NCBI GenBank assembly: GCA_010909165.1
Contig: VJWM01000011.1
Location: 1,240,001 to 1,304,000 of the forward strand
DNA from: Anthoceros angustus
Taxonomy: Eukaryota > Plantae > Anthocerotophyta
DNA: 64,000 nt
Direction: 5' to 3'
Shown here: in pieces, positions 24,570 to 35,044 of the stretch
Numbering within the stretch: the stretch's first letter is position 1
Layout: each line of letters begins with the position of its first letter
The notes under the pieces: generated by a model
What the model saw: only the letters and a program-made list of their open reading frames with translations
Told to the model about the DNA's origin: nothing
Databases searched by the model: none
Translations under genes and position numbers: made by a program

Positions 24570-27519
24570 ATGAGGGGAGGTGGTGGGTATGGCGGCCGTT
24601 TGGTTTTCTGGAGTGTGGTTCAATGCAAACTCAGCTACTGCAGCCCTCTGCAAGAATGGTGTAGAGGTTTATCATCTGTGCAGGGGGCGGTTGTGTCGAC
24701 GAGACGTCCCGGTGAGTGCTTTCGTATCGGACTAGCTTCACTCTCTTCCTGCTTTACATCTAAGATCTTAATGTTGTCTTGCAGCACGGGATGAATCATG
24801 GGTTAAGCTAACGGATACTTCACCATGGTGGGACAGCAATAGCCATCTGGGTTCTCTTCCCAGTTCAACAAGGGAGGGTTATTGGCTGGAGAGGCCACCA
24901 AAAGTTGGCGCGGGCGAATTGTCAAACCTTGGCACAGTACATCCTGTTTCCCACCTTCCAGGATCACTAGGTGTTGTCACTACTGGAAGGTACTCCGGTT
25001 CCAAAGAGATGGCTTTGGTTCTTCGATCTGTAAACGTTAACGCTTCCTGGTTGTGACAGTCTTGGGCACTATGCAGGGCGAGACAGAGCTTTTTGGAAGT
25101 AAAGAGCTGGACCAGGCTTTTGGAGAAGGGACAGCTCAGTGATGCATATCGAGCACTTAAACTTCTGGTACAACAAGGATGCCAACCTTCAGCGTACATG
25201 TTCTACGTTCTTCTCAGAGGGTGCGTGAAGAACCGCAATCTGGCTGTTGGTAGGGATGTCCATTCCCTTGCTCTTAGATGTGGGTATGAGTCAAACTCCT
25301 TGTTGGCTACTCATATCATCCGCATGTATGCTTCTCTTGGGAGCCTGCCAGAAGCGAGTCAGGTGTTTTGCAAGTTGGCTGCACCGAACAACTTTGCGTG
25401 GGCTTCTATAATGTTGGCCCATGCAGAACATGGCCAGCCTGAGCAGGCTATCAGATTGTATGCACGAATGCGGCGATCCACTCTGAAGCCAGACAGTTAT
25501 GTGTTCGTCGCAGTTCTCAAGGCGTGTGCCTGTTCATCTGATTTATCTTCTGGACGGCAGGTCCATTCTGATATTGTCGAGAGCGATGTTGAGCCTAATT
25601 TGTTTGTTGAAAATACTCTGCTGGATATGTATTCCAAGTGCGGAAGCTTGGAGGATGCTCGCAGAGTGTTTGATAATATGCAGAACAAAAGTGTAGTGAC
25701 GTGGACTGCCATGATAGCAGCATATGCTCAGCGTGGGCTGGGTCATAAGGCCCTTGATCTCTATTCAAGTATGCGGAAGGATGGCGTGAATTTAGCTGAT
25801 AGCGTCACCTTTGTTTGTCTGCTGAAAGCATGTGCCAGCCTTGGAGCTATACATGAAGGCAAGCAACTTCATGTCCATATTCGGGAAAAGGGATTGGAAA
25901 CACATTGGGCTGTTGGCAACAGCCTGGTGGACATGTATGCAAAATGTGGGAGCTTAGAGGATGCCCGTGGAATTTTTGATAATTTGCAGAGGCGAGATGT
26001 GGTATCCTGGAATACAATGATAGCAGGCTACACTCAACATGGCCTTGGTGCAGAAGCCCTTAAGCTTTATGCTGGGATGCTTAAGGAGGGCATCAGCCTG
26101 GCTGATCCGGTCACCTTCGTATGTCTACTGAGGGCATGTTCCAGCACTGGGGCCATACATGAGGGCAAGCAACTCCACAGCCAAATTCAGCAACAAGGAC
26201 TTGAACTAGATCTGATTGTTGGCAACAGCCTGATATACATGTTCATGAAGTGTGGCAGCCTGGAGGATGCGCTAAGCGTGTTCGAAAGGTTGCCCACAAG
26301 AGATGTCGTGACATGGACAAGTATGATAGCAGGATACACCCAGCACGGACTTGCTCAGGAGGCTCTCAGTCTTTGTGCAAGGATGCAGAAAGAGGGTTTG
26401 ACTCCAGCCAATCACGTAACATATGTCTGCCTGCTTAAAGCATGTGCCAGTGTTGGAGCATTGCGAGAGGGCCGAGAACTGCATTCCAAGATTCTGGAGA
26501 GGGGACTGGAAGCAGAGGTTGTTGTTGGCAACAGCCTGGTGGACATGTATGCAAAATGCGGGAGGCTAGAGGATGCTCAAAACGTTTTTGACAGATTGCC
26601 TACCAGGAATGTGGTGACATGGAATGCACTCTTGAATGGCTATGGGCAACATAATGATTGTGGGATGGCTGTGCATTGTTTTGCAAAGATGCAGGAGTGT
26701 GAGGTGGAGCCAGATGCTACTACCTTCATCAGCCTTTTGGTGGCATGCAGTCACGAGGGACTGGTGAAAGAGGGTCAAGGGTATTTCGAGTCCATGGTTG
26801 AAGACCATGGCATCAAGCCCACGATCGAACATTATGCTTGCCTGGTTGATCTCCTGGGGCGAGCTGGTCGCCTAGATGAGGCCGAGAATTTGGTGCGCAG
26901 CATGCCACTTGAAGACGATGGTGTAGTTTGGACATCTCTGTTGAGTGCGTGCAGCAACCATGGTGATATTGCCCGAGCAAGTCGATGTTTTGATCGTATT
27001 ATTGCCTTCCGTCCTCAACAGGCATCTGCTTACGCGCTTATGTGTAGCATCTATGCCGATGCTGGACAGTGGGGGCATGTTGAAAGCGTGGAGAGATTGA
27101 GAAAATCCATGGGCGCTCAGAAGAAGCCTGCAAGGGCCTGGATTGAGGTGAACAGCAAGGTGCACTCGTTTGATGTCGGAGAAGACAGGGATGACACTTC
27201 CCTCAAACTAAGAAGCATAAACTTGCGAAAGGAGGGTGGTTATTCGCCGCACACAGAATTAATGCTGAAGCCTGTCTCCGACAAGGAGAAGGAAGATAAT
27301 CTGTGTGGTCATGCTGAGAAACTAGCTTTAGCATATGGTCTTCTCAACACTCCAGAAGGCACAAGTTTAGTGGTAACGAAAAATCTCCGCATGTGCAATG
27401 ACTGCCACAGTGGAACCAAGCTTCTGTCCAGGATTGAGAAACGAGAAATTACAGTGAGGGATGCCCACCGGGTACATCATTTCAGGGATGGGTTCTGCTC
27501 GTGTGGAGATTCCATATAA
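24570..27519 (+). CDS. PLS-class PPR protein with E1-E2-DYW:KP domain, candidate organellar U-to-C editing factor; 3 exons, about 929 aa
   Basis: Inferred exons 24570-24711, 24785-24989, 25077-27519 (GT-AG, phases 1 and 2 consistent). About 17 P/L/S motifs ending P2-L2-S2-E1-E2; KPARAWIEV, CGHAEKLALA, KNLRMCNDCH, CSCGDSI. N-terminal RGLSS resembles a mitochondrial presequence cleavage site. The two 5' exons are less certain than the main exon. Confidence 0.93.
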
Positions 27520-27859
27520 CTCTGCTGCCTTGCACTTTCTCAGCACTTGGACAGAATGACTGCTGTCTCTCTCGGGTCTTTCCTCAAACGTTTGAGAGCA
27601 AGCAGAGTTGGCAAGTTTCATAGCTTCTCTCATCGGAATATCTAAGAGAGTGCAGACCAGAGCAGACTTGCCAGTCCATCTGAAAGTTCCCAGCCGGGGC
27701 TACGCACCAGAAGCCAACAAATTTATCTCAGACTTGGAGTACCTGCAAATCGCTGGTATGCATCTCTTCTTACTCGCACTTGTTTCTGTACTGTGATCCG
27801 TGACCTTGCAACAACGTCCTTTGTCTGAGCAATGTCCATGCAAGAAGCAGACCAACTTA

Positions 27860-28327
27860 AAGCGATTTCTTGGTGTCGGCTACAGCTTTGTAGAGATGGC
27901 CCAACCTCACAGGCCTTTCTGAGCAGCTCAAAGCTCTCTGAACCGGTAGCACATCAATCATCTGCATCAATGCCTCACACATACAGCTGTGGAAAGCGGG
28001 GCAACTGTCAAGAACGGATGTGGCTCGTGCCACGTGATTAGCAGAAACCTGGAGGCATTATCTATTGCGCCTGTCGCTGACAACGTAGAGTTGGTCAAGA
28101 ATGAACACACCAAGGAGTCACCTCAGCTAAGTATCCGCTCATGTTTACCAGGCTGTTGGCCACAAACCTATCCGGTTGATGTCCTTGCTCCTTAACTTTT
28201 GTACGTAGCTGCTCCCCCACAAGTAATAAAGCACAAAAATATCCACTGTACCTACCAGTGCTTCCATTCCGACTGATGAACACGACAGATATGTGATGAC
28301 GTCAGGCTCTTGGCTTGCCACCATCAC
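27860..28327 (-). pseudogene. PLS-PPR motif remnant
   Basis: MMVASQEPDVITYL and QLRTKVKEQGHQPDRFVANSLVNM lie in different frames. Confidence 0.6.
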
Positions 28328-28689
28328 TCACCTTCTTCTTGTCACTCTCTGATTTTATGCCCGAAATTACAGTAGATTATATCTGTTTTCGTTTTTTGGA
28401 CAAACTGTCATTATCCATCCCAACTACCACGTCCTGAGGAGAAGAGTGGAACACTTCTTTGAAGATCGACGTTGCCAACTGGGTGTCTCTCGCAAAGATA
28501 ATCTTTTGAGATAGCATGTGCTATCTTCGCTTGAATTGTACTGTGCACTGTCCCAACCTCATATTGTTCATACTTGAATCATCCCAGCTAGTCGTTGCAG
28601 TATATGGCATGGAGAACTGCGTTCAACATGGTCCGGACTTCTGTTGCAGCCCCGTCGGCACATAATACGTTTAATTTGTCCAAAAAGGA

Positions 28690-29192
28690 AGAATTTCTGG
28701 TCCTAGTAATGATATTGTTGTGGCTGTAAAGGAGTTTCTCAATAGGCTAGAGGTCGATGTGGTCGTTCCTCGAGCCTTCTGGCTTAGAAAGGATCTTGGT
28801 AGAGAGCGCATATTGATTATGACTTTTCACTCTATGGATGATCGCCTCCAGGTTATGAAGGCTAGGTGTATGTTACGGACAACTCAATTATATATCAATG
28901 AGGATCATACACCATTGCAATGGAAGATTAAGAAGAAGAAGTTACCCACTTTCAAAGCAGTTCGTGCTGCAAGTCAAGTGGCTTTCTTTCGTGGGGATGA
29001 ATTGGTTGTGTTTGGCCCTCGTTCACGCAATTTCATTGACACAGTTGATTGATTGAAGATTATTTTTCTTATTTAAATTTTACCTTACATTAGTCCAGAC
29101 TATTTTACCACAATTTATGTAGTTATCATATTTCAATCCCATGACGGAAATCCGTCCTTAGTGGACTTAAATAAAATTCTTCTTCTTCTTCT
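28690..29192 (+). mobile_element. 5'-truncated copy of the ORF1-only non-LTR element, with stem-loop and (TTC)n tail
   Basis: Near-identical to 35994-36478; YINEDHT..FFRGDEL; ends ...TCCGTCCTTAGTGGACTTAAATAAAATTCTTCTTCTTC. Confidence 0.8.
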
Positions 29193-29395
29193 TTTAAGCT
29201 CATGTATCTACTTCTGATAAGTTTTCCTTAGCTTCTGATCAGTTTCCGTTAGTGCTTTAAGCTCTTTTACCTGCTTCTTCTTGTTGTGACCACTACTTTT
29301 ACTTCATGTCTAACAAGTCCAACCGGGCGTGTGATCTCGTTATTTCTGATGCGGCTCCAGCTGGTAATCCGCTTGGGAAATGGATTCAGTAGCAG

Positions 29396-29556
29396 AAATA
29401 CATCGCACATGAGCGTCTGCGACTTAGCTCTTCTTACAGGAGGTGCTTTATCTTATCGGGTAAAGAAGAAATGTAGTAAATACATCGCACATGAGCGTCT
29501 GCCACTTAGCTGCTTCTTACAGGAGGTGCTTTATCTTATCGGGTAAAGAAGAAATG
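29396..29556. repeat. Tandem duplication of about 82 bp upstream of the LEA gene
   Basis: AAATACATCGCACATGAGCGTCTGC...GGGTAAAGAAGAAATG occurs twice. Confidence 0.9.
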
Positions 29557-29599
29557 CAGTGAGACAGGTGTCAAGGTGACGAGGCTTCAATGCAGACTC

Positions 29600-29664
29600 G
29601 ACACGTAGAGCTGGGCTTGACAGGGTACCCCATTCACCTTCGATGGATGGCAGTCGCTATAAAT
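29600..29664 (+). promoter_or_regulatory. ABRE-like element (GACACGTA, 29600-29607) and TATA box (TATAAAT, 29658-29664) of the LEA gene
   Basis: ACGTGTC on the minus strand about 50 bp upstream of the TATA box, which is about 155 bp upstream of the ATG. Confidence 0.65.
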
Positions 29665-29817
29665 TTCCCGGGCTGGAGCGCCCTCTCATCGCACTCAGTG
29701 TCGTCAAGCTCCTGCCTCGAATTCGATTCCAGACTCCAGAACCTCAGCTTCCAGAAGTGCAGCTAGCGCAGATCTCCCGCCTCCTTTTGCAGGCTTCGTC
29801 GAGTTCTTTCGAGCGCC

Positions 29818-30221
29818 ATGGCGGAACAGTTCCAGCAGACCAAGGATGCCGCTGCCCGCAAGGCGGACGAGACAGCCCAGTTCGGGCAAGAGAAGGCTGG
29901 AGAGGCCCAGTACCACGCCCAGGGCGTGGGCGAGACGGCCAGGGACAAGGCCAACGAGACGGGCGAGGCCGGGAAGGGCGCCTTGGAGCAGACCAAGGAG
30001 GGCACTGCCGATGCCGCGAGCAATGTCCAGGCCAAGGCTGTGGAGGCAAAGGACAAGGCCGGCAACGTCATCAACCAGGTCTCTCCTTTCTCCTGCCAGG
30101 CTTGAATTATGCTGCTCTTTTCTGCTCTCGAGATGTATGTCGTGCTCACTTCGAGATGCATCTTGTGTCTGCATTACAGGCTACCGAGAACATCAAGAAC
30201 GCTTTCTCCGGAAACAAGTGA
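29818..30221 (+). CDS. Late embryogenesis abundant protein (group 3 / LEA_4-like), 100 aa, 2 exons
   Basis: Exons 29818-30078 and 30180-30221. A/K/E/Q/T-rich 11-mer-like repeats (TKDAAARKADE, ARDKANETGEA, AKDKAGNVINQ). Confidence 0.85.
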
Positions 30222-30659
30222 GTTTCCCGCAAGGACGTCTGTCTTGCGGACTGCGGCGGTCGGAGGTCGGGCTGGCGCACATGTACCATGGCTTAGTGTG
30301 CAGAACTTTGTAGCATGGTCAGTTTATGTTACATATCCAAGTGGTTCTTGTTAGGCAGAACACATGGCCTTGAGAACTGAGATGGGGTAACCCACTCAGG
30401 CTGAGATGGGGTAACCACTCAGGTGAGGTCGTTGTATTGTAATGACGTTGTGAACACTGTGGCGAGTCTTAATCCATTGTAAGCCTCCCCTCTTCAGGTC
30501 GTGGCTTTTGAATCATGGGGGAAAAGATGAATCATGCATAATTCAGTCGTGTTTGTGCACTGGCGGGCTAACGCCTAAACAATTCGATCTTCTTAGTGCA
30601 TCAGCCTTCTCCGATGCCGGAGATCAAATCCGGGTCACCAGGCGGGAATACTCACCACT

Positions 30660-31210
30660 ATACTACAACAACAACAATCACCACTATACTACAACAACAA
30701 CAACAACTTTGATTATGTCCACTAAGGATGGAAGAACCATTATGGAACAGAGATAGTATTGCGTAAAAGAGATTTAAAAATCGAGTACACTTACGTATGT
30801 CTGAACTAGAGAAGCAGTACCTGTATGAGGGAAGAGAAAAGAAGGTGAAGACTACGAGGAGTCCAACAAGGACTGCCGAAGATCAAGAAGCTCAGAGAGA
30901 CATAGTCCAGAGAGCCTAGGAATGTGGAAAGAGAAAAATCTGGCAAGGCCGCACACTCAAAAAGAAGAGAGTAACGAGACCGAATATCGGCATAGGCAGA
31001 ACAATAAAAGAGGAAGTATGATTCAGATTCAGGATCCAAGGAGCAAAGCTTGCAGATCCTATCATCTTGGGGAGGGGTAGGCTTGAGCCAACGGTCGGTC
31101 TCAATCCGGAGGTGGTGGGAGCTAACACGAAATTGACCTATGAATGTGCGGAGTTTGAAGGAAAGGGGGGAACTGAGGTAGCGGGGCAGGGTAGGAAATT
31201 TACCAGAGGG
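30660..31210 (-). mobile_element. 3' end of a LINE (RTEX/L2-like ORF2 C-terminus) with stem-loop and (GTT)n tail
   Basis: FRVSSHHLRIETDRW..RICKLC..ESESYFLFYCSAYADIRSRY, followed by a 3' UTR ending ..CCATCCTTAGTGGACATAATCAAA(GTT)n. Confidence 0.85.
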
Positions 31211-31694
31211 AGGATTACTACAACAAGAACAACAAGAACAACTTTATTTACTTTACAACGACAACATATCCACCACTAAAAAATATTTGTTATTTATAAA
31301 AAACTTAACCCTTACCTCACTGCAACCATCCAACCAAGTCCCAAAAACCTACCAGCACCGGAAACTGCAGGCTTAGAAGGATGCAACAACTGGGTTGGAA
31401 AGATGTGGAGGTGAAAATTTGCAACCGACTCCTTGCCGGTTACACTAGTTTGTAAACACTTTCTTTGGGTCTTTGCTCCCAAGTTTCTTCTCTTTTCCTA
31501 GTTTCTCATCTTTTACTTCTCTTTTCTTGACCCTAGTTTCTTATTTTTTCCTGACCCAATTCTTAGAGGTGTATGCTTAAAACAAATGTGGGATTTCATA
31601 ATAGAGTAGAGCCAATTTTTCAGTCTACTAGATATTTGATAAACCCACATCACTAGTATTTAGGTCAAATCTATAATAACGGTTAAAATTTAAT

Positions 31695-31777
31695 GCATTT
31701 ATGTATATCTATCATGTCAGTCCCCTAACGAAAATTCCCCGTCCTTAGTGGACTTTAATATACTTCTTCTTCTTCTT
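31695..31777 (+). mobile_element. Isolated 3' terminus of the same retroelement group
   Basis: CAGTCCCCTAACGAAAATTCCCCGTCCTTAGTGGACTTTAATATAC(TTC)n. Confidence 0.7.
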
Positions 31778-32025
31778 GTAAACAAAAACTTGAGTGTGAA
31801 ATAGCTTAATATTGGTTGAAGATGGAATTCCAGCATGACCATTGTCACACAAGGAATTAAGTCATACTGGAAGAGTCCAAAATGTAGTCCCCCTATGCTT
31901 CAAGTGTTGTCACAAAACAACCATCCTAATACCATTTTACGATAGGCTGAGGCCCAACTTGGCAGCCACAACACACGGTTTTGAGGTAGTCAATAGTACT
32001 TCGATGTCCAATCTGGAAGTTGCAT

Positions 32026-32191
32026 AGAAGAAGAAGAAGAAGAATTTTATTTAAGTCCACTAAGGACGGATTTCCGTCATGGGACTTGGTACTTAACAAC
32101 TTGTATCATGGTGTGCCTAAGCTACTTGCAGCAAGGGCATCCACTCCCTTTAGGGACCCCATCTAAGTACCGATCTAAGCTCAGGATGCTT
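32026..32191 (-). mobile_element. Short SINE-like or 5'-truncated element with the shared stem-loop and (TTC)n tail
   Basis: Matches 34518-34723 (+) and 36558-36719 (-). Confidence 0.8.
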
Positions 32192-32288
32192 ACTTCATAC
32201 TTCGAGTCCATGAAACTTTATTAGGGTGACCTAATGAATCTAACCAACAAATCTAAATGAATTCTAACTAATGAACCTTAAACATAAT

Positions 32289-33559
32289 CTAAGTAGAAGA
32301 CAAGTTCTCCAAGTTATAATTCATCTTCTTCCAAATCCATGGTGGAATTATCTTAGATGCATGCGGGTATAAATGCTTGTAAGTACTTCTGATTGTGGTA
32401 TCTGCCATACTGACCGCCTCAGCAATATCTTTCCGATTAAGTCGTTCCCCTGAAACTTGCGATATCATATAGATAACTGCACCCGTAACAGCTTTGTGGC
32501 TTTTTCGTATGTCAAGGTTATGCAAGACATATAGCAAAGCTTCATTCGTCGCTTTTGTAGTATCAGAATTCATGTTCAACTTTGTACAAACCCATAAGCT
32601 AAATTTTAGCATATCATCATATTGTTTCATGTTTTGAGGAGCTGAATCTTGAAAGCTCCTTGCTTTGATTTGTGTAATATGTTCTTGTGATTGTGCATGT
32701 TGTGGGCCAAGCTCATCTTTCGGTTGTGTCCGTGTCTGTGCCTGCACCAGGGCCAGGTCCTTTCCTTGTGCTTGTGCTTGTGCCTGTGCTTCTGCTTGTG
32801 CCTGTGCCTGTGCCTGTGCCTCCGCTAGGACCAGGGCTTGTGCTTGTGCTTGTGCTTGGGCCTGTGCCTGTGCATGTGCATGTGCTTGTGCTTGTGCGTT
32901 TGCCCGTGCCTGGGCCTGTGCCGCACTTAGGTCGACCCTTTTTTCTTTCTCTAGATCCGCTTTTAAGGTCCTTTCCAATTGTTTTGCCAACCGTCCAACG
33001 TCCTCCTTTCTTATATTGCTATGGGAGTATTGGCTAATTTCTTGAAAACTTGAGGAGCCTTTTTCTCGTTTAGTAAATAAATAATAACACGCACAAATTG
33101 ACTTGATCCTTTGTTGTTCAATTTTTTGAAAAAACTCAATGCCAAATGTTGAATGCTGGTTGTCAATTGCAAATTTCCGGCAAGTGTTTCAATAAGATTA
33201 GCGGCCTCGTCCAAGCCTTTGTGAGGATCGCGATCAAACTTTTGATGCAGCCTCATTGATAATTTTTGAAGTGTTTCGCCCTCAGCACTTGCGCCCCTAA
33301 TATCTAAGCAAGTTGTTAAATGTCCTCCGTTTTCGAGCACATCATTAGTAGGAATCCCCACGCGTTCGTCTGAAGAACCGTGTTCACCATTGTTGAAGTT
33401 CCTCCATTCAGCCCTTGGGTCAATGTAATGGTCTTCGTTTACTAAGCCGCATTCGGTACACACAATGTCTCCAGTATTAGAATCCTCGAACATGTAAGTG
33501 GCCATTTTGCATTCTTTACATTGTCCATCTTTGTGCTCTTCATAGACTCTCGGCCACAT
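32289..33559 (-). CDS. Divergent intronless TFIIB-like protein with a Gln-Ala repeat insertion; one apparent frameshift near 33080 (real or assembly error)
   Basis: Zn ribbon [16 protein letters not shown]-reader EWRNF..RVG.PTN, two cyclin repeats, C-terminal [20 protein letters not shown] like plant TFIIB. TATA-like TATATATA at 33662-33669. Confidence 0.8.
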
Positions 33560-34402
33560 TTTGTACGCACGTATGGTCCTCTTTTTGAGATTTAATAATA
33601 TATCAAGTCACAGGTCTGCGCATTTTTTATGCAAAATAGCCAGCGTTAGAGACTCTTAAGCTATATATATCACGTCAGGTAACATAAAGTTAACTGTATT
33701 AGCATCAATCTATACATGGAGTGAATCAAGCAAGTTACAAATCATGCTAGCATAGCATCTATAAGTCTAACATACCTCAATAAGTTGGATGTGGTGTTTG
33801 TGGCACAACTCAAAAATGAAGAGTGCTAACCAAGATCAATACCCAGATGGGGTGCTGGTTAGATTTAGTTTACTCTTACATAAAAACCCTAAAGTTAAGC
33901 ACCCATGGTCGGGCTCGAAATCTATATGGGTGTGGATTCTAATCGTATTGTATTGTATGATAACTAATATTTACTTTATTTCTCACAAGTAAAACGAAGC
34001 TTAGATCATCTTTATTTATACTAAAGAGTCTTAACGAAAAAAGAAAGAAAAAAATTCTTAACTAGGAAATCACCAAGTGATTGAGCACCACAATCTATTT
34101 TATGTGTCATAAGGACAAGTAAGCTTATTACTATCTTATTTAGACAAAAATGATTGTAAACTAGGAAATTACTATTGTATGACCTTTATTTTCTATTTTA
34201 TGTCACACAAATTTGTACAATTGATTTTATTAGCAATACTATTGGCCTAACACATTTCAAGACGTCTATACGTGTCTACTGTCAACACTGCCACAGTTGT
34301 TTAAGGAAACATTTGCATGCCTTTATCTTCTCATCTGAGCCATTCCTCAAATAGGGCCTGGATTGTATTGATATCATTGCTCCTATCATTGTATTTGGAT
34401 TG

Positions 34403-34723
34403 ATTGTGTGTCCACGGCCAAATGGACACATATTTATAAGAATACCGTGATTAAGCATCCTGAGCTTAGATCGGTACTTAGATGGGGTGCCTAAAGGGAA
34501 TGGATGCCCTTGGTGATTAAGCATCCTGAGCTTAGATCGGTACTTAGATGGGGTGCCTAAAGGGAATGGATGCCCTTGGTGCCAGTAGCTTAGGCACACC
34601 ATGGTACAAGTTGTTAAGTACACCATGGTACAAGTTTTTAAGTACACCATGGTACAAATTGTTAAGTACTAAGTCCCATGACGGAAATCTTAGTGGACTT
34701 AAATAAAATTCTTCTTCTTCTTC
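34403..34723 (+). mobile_element. SINE-like element copy with internal 66-bp x2 and 24-bp x3 tandem duplications
   Basis: Homologous to the reverse complement of 36558-36776; ends in AAATAAAA(TTC)n. Confidence 0.8.
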
Positions 34724-34725
34724 TA

Positions 34726-34872
34726 TCACCTTTCACGGGAACAAGTACATCATCACTGTGACAAATTATGCCACCAAATGGATGGCCAAGATGTGTGAAC
34801 GGGAGCCATAGAGGTGGGACTCTCATTTGATTGGTGCACTATGGGCTATGAGGACATGGACAAAGGCAGTCA
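34726..34872 (+). mobile_element. Internally deleted Gypsy integrase fragment, same family as 12090-12340
   Basis: Nucleotide match GGTGGGACTCTCATTTGA.TGGTGCACTAT.GGCTATGAGGACA. Confidence 0.7.
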
Positions 34873-34873
34873 G

Positions 34874-34945
34874 CACTACTAGAAAAACAAGGTACTATGT
34901 TACAGGTTTTGTTGCGGACCGAAAAAGTGCAATAACCTTTGGGAT
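34874..34945 (+). mobile_element. Probable CACTA (En/Spm) terminal inverted repeat, single end
   Basis: CACTACTAGAAAAAC begins where the integrase homology stops; no partner end seen. Confidence 0.5.
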
Positions 34946-35044
34946 GGGAGAGAGACATGGCATATAAGCCTAACTTTGGTAACACTTCAATATTACACTT
35001 TTGGCATGGGAGACAACATGGCATAAAAGTGCCACATGTTTAAA

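Noticed and set aside
32289-33559. Giant-virus origin of the intronless AT-rich TFIIB
   Set aside because: The B-reader and C-terminal [11 protein letters not shown] resemble plant TFIIB and no other viral genes are visible. Not formally excluded without a phylogeny.
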